Shown: positions 23,904 through 34,862 of the stretch, in pieces
How positions within the stretch are numbered: position 1 is the stretch's first letter
Layout: each line of letters starts with the position of its first letter
Made by a program: the position numbers and the translations under genes
Assembly: GCA_964187785.1 (NCBI GenBank)
Contig: OZ076409.1
Span: forward strand, 24,306,001-24,370,000
DNA from: Amphiscolops sp. MND2022
Taxonomy: Eukaryota
Length of the DNA: 64,000 bases
Direction: 5' to 3'
The notes under the pieces: generated by a model
Told to the model about the DNA's origin: nothing
Databases searched by the model: none
What the model saw: the letters and a program-made list of their open reading frames with translations, nothing else

Positions 23904-24278
23904 TTATTTAGTGGTGCCTGGTCCGCTATCTCGTTGTTCCATTGATGGTGGTGTTTTCTGGGGAGGATTCTTTTTTATATTTTTTCCGCCGAATCGGGGT
24001 GGATGTTGGGTTGATGGTAAAGGTGCTACCTCTTCTGTGAACGACAGCGGGAAGGGGGGTCGCTCTGATGTAGTTGATGAGGGCGTTGTTGTATGTGCCC
24101 TTGGGGGTGGAGAAGGAACAGTTGAGTCTGGTGGGTCTAGGAGGAAGTTGATTGTTGTAGGGGATACTGGGGACAGCAGGTCTGATGGCGATAAGGGCTC
24201 AATTTCTAAGTCATCCTCTAAGTTAGGGTTAGGGTTGTCGTCGTCCAGGTTTGGTAGGTCGAAAATTGAGTCTAATTG
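23904..24278 (-). CDS. Putative spliced, acidic and Pro/Ser/Thr-rich accessory exon (124 aa, no 5' ATG)
   Basis: The open frame QLDSIFDLPNLDDDNP...GPGTTK* begins immediately after the acceptor-like TACTACTTTTAG. Confidence 0.45.
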   Translation of the reverse strand, partial: QLDSIFDLPNLDDDNPNPNLEDDLEIEPLSPSDLLSPVSPTTINFLLDPPDSTVPSPPPRAHTTTPSSTTSERPPFPLSFTEEVAPLPSTQHPPRFGGKNIKKNPPQKTPPSMEQRDSGPGTTK

Positions 24279-24314
24279 CTAAAAGTAGTATAATCAATGA
24301 GAAAGGTTTAACTT

Positions 24315-26453
24315 TTAAATTGGAGCTACGAAGCTCTGTACAGAGGGGTATAGTGATTCCTCTTTTTGTTTCAGATTTTGAAGTTCTACCGTTTTTATTT
24401 CGTCTTCCGTTTTTGTTCTTTCTTCAATGCTATCCTCGAGAGGGGCCCGCGCGGTGAATACGGAAGTTAAAACGGAGGTAAAGAAAAGATTGTACGAAGC
24501 ACAGAGCAAGGTTTTAGTGAAGCTCAGGGTATTACCAGTAAAGTGACGAAGTTCGAAATAGCGGAAGACTAGGACCGTGTTTTCTCTAACGAATTTAATA
24601 AAAAGAAAGGCGCCAAAATACGCGCCGCAGAGTTCGAGGACATACATATACTTCCGAAAGTTTCTAGGAATTGATTTTTGAAGTAGTCGGGTGATATCAT
24701 ACCGTCAACGTAAATATCGGTACGGGGTGCGTAATACGCAAATGATTCGGGTCCGCTATGGGCCATTGAAGGGATGATGAGTTCTCGTGAAAAGTTCTGG
24801 AGGGCATTTCGTGAAGCTGCGCTGATGAGGATGTTATCCCAAAATTCCGAGAGTTGTTCCGGCGTGTACATTCCTGCGTCTTGTGATCCAGGAAAGGATC
24901 TGGTAATCAGTGGTTGGATGTCCTTGGGTCCGGTGATAGCAGGTCGGTCACGATGTTCGGGTGAAGGAGTGAGGGTAAACCAGGAATCTTTGTCTTCCAT
25001 GTCCAGTTGGAAGAGGTTCTTAATGCGATCGCTGCAATTGTGCACGTTCGCATTAGGATAAGTCTGTCGGGTGATGGGGTCCACGAAGGCGACCACTCCT
25101 TTGTAGAAGATGGGTATGCGGTCGTAGCATTGGTTCATCGTGTGAAGAGTGGGATTCTGGGCAGTGGTAGAGCCATGCTAGGCTACCATCTGTGTTCAGG
25201 AACATTGAGCGATTTCCCGTGAGCATGTATCCGGCAAGTCGTGGGTTTTCCATGGAGAGCATCAAGATGGTGATGATTTGTGTTCGTTCTTGTTCACATT
25301 GAGCTTTCAATAGCTGGATTTCTGAAGCTTCAAGTAAGCGGGTGCTCTCAAAAAAGAGATAATCTAATTTTGTCCCTTGGTGGAGCTCGTAATCCACGTT
25401 AAGATAATGTGGTGTATTAGGGTTAGAGTCGCCGGGTCCTCTGAAGAGGTGGAGTCGGCCACTACCAGAACCATCGTCAGGTGAGTAATATTGAAGTTTA
25501 GATGTCTCGCCCATGGAGATGCCAAGTCTTCTGCCGGAGGTCATGTCAAAGCCACCAAGTTGGATTGAAACGTACAGGGATTCGTAGTTGGTCGAGTATA
25601 CATCGTCGGGTTTGTTGCAGTACTTTTGTGGTCTGTTGTAGACCTCGAAAAAAATTTTGGTAGTGGAATCGTTGCCGCTGACAATATAGTAGTTAGATCC
25701 GTGTTTGATCATGTTCACCATTTCTTTTCTGTGTACTGCAAGCACGCAATCATCAGGTTCTGCCCATGTGTATGCGTAGGGGTCCAGTGACGTCGTTTCA
25801 CAACCAAGTTGCTCCAAACGACAGGGAAGGATCATTTGAAATGGTGTGAGGACCTTTCCATCTCGGGTTTTGACCGATAACTCAGCGTCTTGAATGTGAG
25901 ATTCGAAAGTTTCGCGTTTGATCCATCCTCCTGTTTTGCACTCATTGCGGGTATCAGGGTCGCGTACCCCGTCCCAACTTTTTCCGTGTTTGGCGTTTCT
26001 CGTCTGTACTTGTTTCACTCCTTTCTTAAATCTAAGGAGTTGTCCATGGATTATGACTTCTTTTCCTTTACCCATTGCATTACAGGTTTCGGGGGACAAG
26101 GAAAGATCGCTGGTGATTCCGTTGTGTAGAATTGATATACTGGAGTGGTCGTGATGACCACAATGCCATTCTTCACTCTGATGTTTCACACGGCACATTG
26201 TGGCGTTGATAGTGCAGCGAAAGTGTTTAGTGTATAACGTTACGCTAGCACGACTTACTTCTAAGTTTTCTGGGGCCACATTGCATTGTTCTACTTGATT
26301 CAATGCGTAGAGCTTATTTTGGGTCATTTCGCCGCAGTCGAAATGAGTTACTCGCAATTTTTTAGCAACGCTAGCGAGGTTTGGCGTAGGGCGTTGTGAG
26401 ATCTCAACGGGCGCGTAATAGGCGCATAAAACGAGTAGGAAAAATAATTTCAT
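24315..26453 (-). pseudogene. Envelope glycoprotein, class III / chuvirus (Monjiviricetes) G-like, ~710 aa, two frameshifts (~25150, ~24645)
   Basis: Signal peptide MKLFFLLVLCAYYA; HFDC, HCGHHDHSS and CYDRIPIFY..FVDPITR motifs; many Cys; sequons (NAT, NDS, NRS, NCS); C-terminal hydrophobic anchor; located 3' of pol. Confidence 0.8.
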
Positions 26454-26512
26454 TTTTGAAATTCTGCAGTCTACGCAAAATCAATCAGGTGAAATCTTTT
26501 ATTCAAAGGTGT

Positions 26513-26789
26513 GGATCCGTTGTAAGGCCGTAAGAAGGCAAGCCGTAATATCAAACCGACAGCTTAGCTGGTACAACACTAAGCGGAGGTTAAAATTTTA
26601 TAGTAGTAACCTCACTACTGTTCACACGTACCTAAGAAAAAGAGAAGTCTGTTATTCTTTTAGTTGCAGTTAAGGTAATGGATCCTGGAGTAAAGCCGTA
26701 AAAAGGCAAGCCGTAATATCCAACCGGCAGCTTAGCGAGCACTGCGCTAAGCGGAGTCTAAAATTTTATAGTAGTAACCTCAATACTAT
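26513..26789 (-). ncRNA. Two copies (26513-26619, 26680-26789) of a ~108-nt structured element upstream of env
   Basis: Conserved hairpins with divergent loops; substitutions between copies are tolerated as G-U pairs on the minus strand. Confidence 0.55.
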
Positions 26790-26850
26790 TAGAAAAAGAG
26801 TGCCTATGAAGAGTATTTGAAAGAGACTAACTTCAACCATTTGTGAAGAT

Positions 26851-27195
26851 TCAGCTGTAATTGTCACTGATGAATTGCAGACTGGGAGAGGGTTTGTTTT
26901 TTCTTCTCGAGTCGATGAAGTCAATGAGTTTGTTGAGAAGGAAGAGTGTAAGAGGGTGAATGTGATTTAAGTATGCTATCTGTCTGTATTCCTTGAGGGA
27001 TTGAGCGAGAGCGGCAGCTTCTTGTGAGTCGGTGTCTACCGGGATGAGCCAGTGACCCGGTTGGTGTGGTCGAAGATTATCGATTTCTCTTTGGATCACA
27101 GGAGCGCTGTCCTTCCAAGCGATAGAGAGAATTTCTAAGAGGGTGTTCGTTTCAGGGTGGCGCCAGAGGAATTTGAGTTGAATCCTAAACATCAT
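26851..27195 (-). CDS. Orphan accessory ORF, 114 aa
   Basis: ATG-initiated; its start overlaps the stop of the preceding ORF. No recognised motif. Confidence 0.5.
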   Translation of the reverse strand: MMFRIQLKFLWRHPETNTLLEILSIAWKDSAPVIQREIDNLRPHQPGHWLIPVDTDSQEAAALAQSLKEYRQIAYLNHIHPLTLFLLNKLIDFIDSRRKNKPSPSLQFISDNYS

Positions 27196-27580
27196 AGGTG
27201 TCGACTAGGCTGTGAAGGTATTTGATTCTAACTTCTTCTTCGAAGGGGTTGGAGGTGAGAGTGATGTCCATAAAATAAACCAAGTCGTCGAAAGCCTTGT
27301 CTTTGAGGACGGCGGGGTGTTGGAGTATGTATTGCTTGAACGAAAGGAATTAGTAGGCGTATTCCTTGGACCCGAAGTGAATAGGGAAGAGGACTAGAGC
27401 TTCTTTGTCTTCTGGCGTGAGTATACGAACTTGAATCGCAGAGGTAGTGATCTCGTAGAAGATTGACTGTATTTCGTATTGGCCCTTGAGTTGTATGGGC
27501 GTCCAAGGAACAGGAGGTTGAAATTGGGTGTGGAAGTAGTAATTATTTCCGCGGAATACAGCTACTGCGGGAGAGGACAT
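27185..27580 (-). pseudogene. Orphan accessory ORF (~131 aa) with one in-frame stop at 27350
   Basis: MSSPAVAVFRGNNYY...EYAY*FLSFKQY...VDTYDV*. TATA-like TATATAA lies ~50 bp upstream. Confidence 0.5.
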
Positions 27581-28042
27581 CAAATGACTGATTTGGCTCT
27601 AGTGAAGACTTCGGTAGGGGTGTTGTTATATAGCAAGCTCTCCAATAGTGGGTAGATAGGTGATGCTGGCACACACGTGTAGGTTTCACTTTCTTCTTCT
27701 GCTATTGCTTAGGCTTGTATGATGATGTTCTGCGTTGAGGGTTCCTTCTGAATATCTGTAATTTGTGAGAGACGGTTGCCGATCTTGAAGGTTATGATCA
27801 TCTGTGTGTGATTTTGCCTCGTGATTTGTGTTCATCAAACATAGCAAATCTGAGAATGGAATCATCAGTTATTTTCATTGCGTTTGAGAACAGTCATATA
27901 ATAAGAATTATTAACACGACTTCATAGGAGTTCGTGGTTGGTTACCGAGAAATGAAGAGCAGATAATATATTGAATCTCGGAATACTAGGTAAGCAAGTA
28001 TAGACGTAATAGTTTTAAATCAATATATTTTTTTAGGTTTAC

Positions 28043-28663
28043 ATGACTTTATCAGTAGCTACTTTGCATTTAGTAATGAGCAGCAATAACACTAATAATC
28101 TTGCCCCTAGTGGGTCGTCGGGCGTTACGGCCTCTACTACATCTACTGTCGTCGTCTCTTCTTCGTCTGCTGCTGTTATGTCTTCCTCAGTAGTGTCTGT
28201 GGCCGGGCCTAGTCGCCCGGACACATCAGTACCAGTGAGTTCTGCCGCTCCGCCTGTTAGTCGTCTGGCCGGTAGGCTAATACCGGGTCATCTCAACAAC
28301 TACGACAGAGAGACATTTATGGATCTGTATGATTGGGGCGATGTCAGGCGACTAGAGGGATGGGTGGAGACTAATAGAGACACAAGGGGGGTTCGGGGTT
28401 ACATGGTTGTCCGGGCCCCCATCTCGGATGCTTTTGCATCGTTTTTGTTGCAGTTGTATGAGCGACCCTGGGAGTCAAGACTTCTGGCGGGGCAGGGGGA
28501 AGTTCTCCTGTTCCAGCTCAGGAGTTATATCCTGGGGTATTCGCGTTTAACTACTTATCAGAGGGGCCAGTTTCGTCGACTGTGGCCCGCCTGGACCAAC
28601 GAGGAGAGGCGTAGCCAGCTAGAGAAGTTGGCTAGTTTGGGGGGCTTTGTAGAGCTGGAGTAG
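28043..28663 (+). CDS. Antisense accessory ORF, 206 aa (Ser/Val-rich N-terminus, globular-looking C-terminus)
   Basis: Intact ORF opposite to the element sense strand, preceded by a GTAAGC...TTTTAG mini-intron (27990-28036) and TATAATA at ~27897. Confidence 0.65.
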   Translation: MTLSVATLHLVMSSNNTNNLAPSGSSGVTASTTSTVVVSSSSAAVMSSSVVSVAGPSRPDTSVPVSSAAPPVSRLAGRLIPGHLNNYDRETFMDLYDWGDVRRLEGWVETNRDTRGVRGYMVVRAPISDAFASFLLQLYERPWESRLLAGQGEVLLFQLRSYILGYSRLTTYQRGQFRRLWPAWTNEERRSQLEKLASLGGFVELE

Positions 28664-28813
28664 GCCCGTATGGCTACTCCACTCAACCTGTTTTTACTTG
28701 CTTCTGTCTTCGTCTGCTATTTCATAAAGTATACTACGGGGTTGCACAAAGGATAACCAAATATAATTATAATATAGATATACAATAGTCTTGCATCATG
28801 AAATTGCGGCCGG

Positions 28814-29224
28814 CTAGGAGCTAGGTGAGGAGATAGTGGAGCAGCAGAATAGGTCCTTTTGGGTATTAGGTAGAGAAGGTTGTAGGTCAGGTATTAGGGT
28901 AGGCATGTAGGATAGGAGTTCTTCTAGGATAGAGTCGTGGTGTGTGACTGCATAGTATGCGAGGTGTTGATATAAAAGAACAAAGGTCTTAGATTCTGGG
29001 CGTATAGGTATGTTTGATTTTCGGGGCGTTGGTTGTTTATTATAGCTCGGGTCTGGGTCTTTAGAGTAGAAGCAAATCCTAACTAGCTTGTTTGTGTAGG
29101 TCCAGTAGATTTTTGTGATTGTTACATTGAGAATGCCTAAGGACTGAAGTTCTCGTGGAACTTGCCAGGGCAAATTTAGATATACTTTATGGCATGGCAT
29201 GGTAAGGTTATTCTTTGTAACCAA
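28814..29224 (-). CDS. Orphan accessory ORF after integrase, ~128-136 aa
   Basis: Open frame directly downstream of the pol C-terminal region. No recognised motif. Confidence 0.45.
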   Translation of the reverse strand: MVTKNNLTMPCHKVYLNLPWQVPRELQSLGILNVTITKIYWTYTNKLVRICFYSKDPDPSYNKQPTPRKSNIPIRPESKTFVLLYQHLAYYAVTHHDSILEELLSYMPTLIPDLQPSLPNTQKDLFCCSTISSPSS

Positions 29225-29348
29225 TTCGAGTCCTTTCGCGGAGGACGGACTGTTGTGCCGGTTGATTGGGCTGTGCTCGTTGATAGCGTGGATTTCTTTC
29301 TATATGGCGGGCAACAACTCTTCTTAATTCTTGCAAAGGAGTCGGTGA

Positions 29349-32300
29349 TTAAGTTGAAGACGCCTGGTTGTTAGTTAGTCGTGCTGGAGTTGGATGACGT
29401 TGTGTCAACGTTAAAATAGGGGTTGCGGTGTCTCGAGGATGTGAGGTCGAAGGCTGATCGGGAGTCTGTGGGGTTGCCAACAACTGATTTTCTGGAGAGA
29501 TGATACCAGAGTCTGTGCTCAGTGGGGTCTGCTCGTTTTTGCGGATAAGTATTTGATCTTGTTGGGTCCGAACTGGCAATATGCAGAGATCTCCGAGTGT
29601 TTGTGCTTCTGAAACATTAAGTTGTTCAATTCTTCCTTTGACGAAATTGTTATAAAAATCTTTGTCTCCACGATGGGGAGTTGTGTATTCTTCGATAAGA
29701 GGGGGGAGTGTTTCTATCAGGTGATTTCTATGTACAGTTCGGAGATTCTCGGGATTTCGATCTTCTGTTATTTGGTAAGTTGTGTTGGTGATTCTCTTGG
29801 TAACTGTAAAGGGTCCTAATCTTAGTTGCTGAAGTTTTTGACTTTTAGAGAGATCCTTTCGATGGTTTTCTAGCAGGACCTTTTGTCCTATGTTCAGGTG
29901 GTTTCCGAGTTTAAATCTGTTTCTGTAGGCGTGTGATCGAGCTTTTTATTGTCTGCAATTTTCATATGTGGATGAGTAGATCTTTTTGAAGACTGTTTCT
30001 CTTTCCAGCAAGTTTTGTGATAGTTGTGGTCGTAATAGTCCATTTACTTGGTTTCCACTATGACGGTGTGGAAGTAGTCCGTTACAGAACTGTGATTTAC
30101 AGTTCTTGTTTTTATTCCTATATAGTCCCAGCTTCAGACTCATAGATATTTGTGGTTTGTTGCAGAACACTATCTCGTAGGGGGTCTTTCCTGTTGTGTA
30201 GTTAACGCTAGTGTTGTGGGCGAATGCAAATTTAGCGGCTAGTTGGGCCCAGTTGTTTCCTGATTCATTTAAGATGTTTCTCCAGTATCTTGCGATGTGT
30301 TGGTTTTGCGTCTCGACTTTGCAATTTGTCCAGGGTGAGTGTGCAGTTCTTGGTCGAAGAGTAATGCCAAACTCTTTCGTCCAGTTGACGAACTCAGTGT
30401 TTACAAAAGCTGTTCCTCTATCATGTATGATGGATTGCGGTATCCCATAGTGAATTATCCATTTTTCCATTGCGTTGATTGTTGATTGTGCTCCTGTGTC
30501 TTGGACCGGATATGCCATTAAATAACGCGAGAATGCGTCAATGATGAGAAGGCAGTGTGAATTTCTACGACTGGGAGGGTTGAGTGGTCCCTTGTGATCG
30601 ATATGAACTGTTCTGAATACTTGAGTTTCGATTTCACAGTCTTCCAGTGGGACTTCGTTATTTCTTCTTTGTTTGGATTTGTTAGACTGGCAGCTAACGC
30701 AGTCTTGTGTGAGGGCACAGATCCAGTCGTGCATTCCGGGCCAGTAGTAGAGTCTTTTAGCATTTAGGTAAGTTTTCTCAGCCCCCATATGGCCGCCCAG
30801 GTCGTTGTAATGTCCCATACGGAAGCAAGTTAGAAATGGAGAGAGAGGTAGGCAGATTCTCAGGTTTTCGTCTGCCGGGTCGTCAGTTGGCTCGTTGTAG
30901 CAGAGGAGATTTCCCTGTTCTTCTATAGTTAGTCGGTCAAATTCCTGAAAGTATCGCATGAGGACTTTCGAGTGTTGTAACTCTGGTGACTTTGGCGTAG
31001 GCTTGTTTCCTGTCTTCATCCATTGTCGGACCACACTGAGGACTGGGTCATTAATTTGTTCTTGTAAAATTGTTGTGACGTTTAGCTCCGCTTCTTTGGA
31101 AATCTTATCGAGTTGGCCTATGAGTTCTCGAGTTGATGTCTTTTGTTTTCCTGTAGTGGTTTTAAGGAGCTCGTAATTTTCAATTGCCTTATCATTTTCG
31201 GAGGTACATTGTTTGAGTGTCGGGGAACTCGTATTAGGCCCATAATTTGTTTCGTTCACTTCTTGACGTTCGTCATCTGCGAGGGCTTTGTCGTCTGCGT
31301 CGCTGTTAACCGAGCTGTAAGTATTTTGTGATATATCGGAGGTGCTTTCTCGCGTGCCAGATCTGATTCGTAGCTCTTCGTAATTTCTAATTTCTTTTCC
31401 GGCGTCAAAACAACTTTGCGCCGATTCAATCTTCGGCAGGTTAGGTTCCTCGTAGACATTGTTGACTGTGAAGTTATTACCGTCATTTTGTAGGTGAAGG
31501 ATTTTCCGTTCATCCCCCTTTTCGTACAATATAGGGTAGAAGTCATTCTTTGAAGTTTCGTCGTTTTCCTCGTGTTTGATTTTGTTGTGAACTTGAGTCC
31601 CGTGCTCGTCGAAGAAGTGTATGTCGTTGGGTAGGATCTTGTGGCTAAGTTGGTGTTTCTTGTGTTCTTCGATTGAGACATTTCGGCTGAGTATATCGGG
31701 GAAGGCTAAATTGCTTCCCGGCGTCCATATTATCTTTAGATTGGGAAACTTGGAAATAATCACTTGGTACCTAAAGAATCGCGGTGAAACCTGTCCTTTT
31801 TGTCCCCAGAGATAAAGAATTGGTTTATGGTCACAGTATAGGTAGATCGGGACATCCAATGATATAGTGCTCGTATGTTTGTAGTGCTGAGACTATTCCA
31901 CATAGTTCTCTATGTAGTGTGGACATCTTTTGTTCTTCTTTTGCGAAAATTCTGGAATCGAAAGAGATGATCCGTTTTCCTTCTGGAAATTGTTGTATGA
32001 GTATACATCCTGTCCCTACGTGTGACGAGTCTACGTGTATATGAAATGGGTATTTCGTTGAAGGTACTACAAGAACCGTGTCTTCGCAGATTCTCTTCTT
32101 TATTTCTTGGAAGAGGTCTTCGTGTTCTTGTTTCCAACAAAAGTTTGTATCTTTCTTGGCAGCTCGTAGAATGGTCGACTATAGACATGTAGATTCTTGA
32201 TGTAACAGCTATAAAATCCCAGAGCCCTAGAAGCTCTTTACCTCAGTTTTCGTTCTTGGCGATTTAAGATTGTGAAGATCCCTGACTCGTTTAACTACAG

Positions 32301-34728
32301 GTTGTATTCCTTCTGCTGCAATTACATGTCCCAGGAACTTGACTTTTCGCGAGAAGAATAGTGTTTTGTCGGGCGCTGCCTTGCGTCCTGCTTTCCGTAG
32401 TAGGTCATGGTATTCTTGGATCACTGTGAACATCTCTTGTTTGTTTTTGGCCTGCATTAACGTGTCGTCTATGTAGGTAATTGCGTGTTTCTTCTTGATG
32501 AGGTTTCGCCTTGGTTCGAAATGGATTGTCATCATACGGCTGAAGAAGCTGGGTAATCCTTTAAGTCCTCTGGTAAATGTATATTGTTTACCGCCAATTA
32601 TGAAGCTAGTGAGCTTCTGTGTGGGCTCGTCTAGTGGGACTTGGTGAAAAGCGCAAGAGAGATCGCTTACTGAGAATATTTTTCCGTTGATGAGCGTCAT
32701 TATGGTTTGGATTGGTTCCAAGGGCCAGGAGTAGTTTGTCAGATCAGTCACTGAATTCAGGTATCTTGCGTCTATGATCAGCTTGACGTAATCATGTTTT
32801 GGTTGTAAGATGATGAGGTTTACGAATAGAGATCCATTTCGTCGTCATCGCCCATCTCTCTTATGATGTCAGCCTCTTTGAGTTGTGTTAGTAGTTTTTC
32901 TAACTTTTCTCGTAAGTGTAGTGGTACTTTACTAGGTCTCTGTCTCTTCAGAATTGCTCCCCGTTCTAGTTTAATGTTGAATTTCTGTCTAGTTTTCCCA
33001 ACATCGAACTTGTGTTGTGAAAATACATCTCTAGCATCCATCAGTAGGTCTATGAGGAGAACAAGTTCTTCGTCTGTGAGGTCCGAGTAGCGAAAGTCGA
33101 ATTCTTTGATGTATTGAACTGCTTCTTTATTCTGATATTGAAGATAGTATTCAATGAGTCGTTCGTTGTCTTCTTTGGGCCTAAATATCTTGAATTGTTC
33201 GTCACAAGGTGGTTGGCAGGACCTTGCATCTTTAGTAAAGTCAGTTTCCAGTTCTCTGTGCTTCAAGTGAAATTCCTCTGGAAATTGTTGTATTTCATCT
33301 TCTACTGCATTTTCAGGGTCTCCTCTGGTAGTCATTGCATAGACATCTAGCTCGTTTCTGGTATAGATTCGGAGCTGCATTTCTGTGTAGGCAAAGACGT
33401 CTTGAATAATTTGCGTAACATCTTGCCATTGAAAGTCCTCTAGTTCTGAGGCTTCTCGTAACATAAAAACAGTCTTGATATTATTCAATTTGGCGTGGGC
33501 TTTTAGTGTTTTCAGCGATTGGGCTAAGATTTGTGGGTCGATTTTGTCTTTTGATTTAGCCTTAGTGATTAAGACGTATATAAATCCCCTTAGAGTTGTA
33601 TCCCAGAGGGTATTGTGTCGCCTTTTTGAGGTTTCTGTTTTGCGCAAGAGTCTTTCAATGAAGGTATATTCGTTAAAATTACTTTAGAGAAGCTTTTGGC
33701 TGGTTTTAGGTCAGCCGGAACAAAGATAGGTCAGCCGGATAGGTCAGCCGGATAGGTCAGCCGGATAGGTCAGCCGGAACAATAGAGTCTGGTCTGTTGA
33801 GTATTGTTGTAGAGTTTCCTCCTTCTATTCTGATGCAATCGTTAAGATCTTGTGAAGGGATAGTAGCGTGTAGTAAAAAGCAATCGTTGTATTCTTCATT
33901 TTCGCTTAAAATGGTGTAAGCGAGTTCGGTAGGATTCCTAATCTGATTATTTGGGATTTCTTTGTCAATGACGTCTAGCATAGAGTATCCAATAGTTCCT
34001 TTAACTAGTGTGATTGTATGGTTCTTGTTGTTTTCCATAACAATTGGCAAAGTCTTCTCAAACCGTGTACAAAGGACGTTTGTGAAGTTGAGTCCTGTAG
34101 AAACTGCCTTTCTGTTTGGAAGGAATGTAGATCCGGGAGGGAAGGAATTTTTCGCGTTTTCGAAGGCAAATTTGTAGCATCTTGTTGTTTTCGGCTCAAT
34201 GAACATGGAGTGAGGGATTTTGAATGTTAATATTTGCGAAACATAGGGGTATACTTTGTTTAGTTGAAGGCTACCATAGCAGAAGGTATTTAGAGGTCTC
34301 TTGAGCTCTATGTCGGGGAGGTCGAAATGTATTTTGTTGATCTGCTCTTGGCAGAAATTCATTCCAAGAAAGTTTTGTGTCTTCATCTCGGTGATCCAGA
34401 CTGTCAGAGGGAAGTTATGTTGGCCGTCGGAGTCATAATAGAGTCTTAATGGAATGTATCCCATCATAGGGTTGATTTGACCAGAGTTGTTACGAGTTGT
34501 GTTGTTGCTCCCGCTGAGTTCGAGGTCTTGTTGAAATTGGCAAACTTCTCTAAATGTCTTATAGTTGATGATTGAAGATGTTGCCCCAGTGTCAAGTAGA
34601 AATTCGATTTCCAAGCCACTATCTTTTTGTGAGTCTTCGGCAGCAAAATAATAAAGATTAAGATTAAATTTTAGTGGGGCACTGCTGCTACTTTTATTTT
34701 TCGGAGACCTTAGTAGTTTAAAGGACAA
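29349..34728 (-). pseudogene. Gypsy pol (PR - macrodomain - RT - RNase H - IN) with multiple frameshifts and stops
   Basis: LLDTGA; SDLSCAFHQV and YIDD; VDSS, CDHKPI and PDILSR; GGHMG...CVSC; HIDHKGP; HDRGTAF; GPF motif at ~29810. Confidence 0.93.
33362..33810 (-). other. TARG1/OARD1-like macrodomain within pol
   Basis: FIYVLITK.K.KDK....LAQSLKTLKAHAKLNNIKTVFM.R...LE.FQWQDV.QIIQDVF..T.MQLRIY parallels the TARG1 pattern YIYYLITK...LQKSLEAMKSHC...MPRIGCGLD.LQW.NV..MIEEVF..T.IKITVY. Confidence 0.8.
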
Positions 34729-34862
34729 AAATCGGCTACTGAGTTCACTGAGTAGTCAGTTTCTAAGAATTGTACTGTGTTGGATCTTCCCACGTCGTTA
34801 GTTTTTGGGAATCTTTGCTCGTAAGACTGAGTAGGGGTGTTGGGTCTTTCGTTTCTGTTTTG

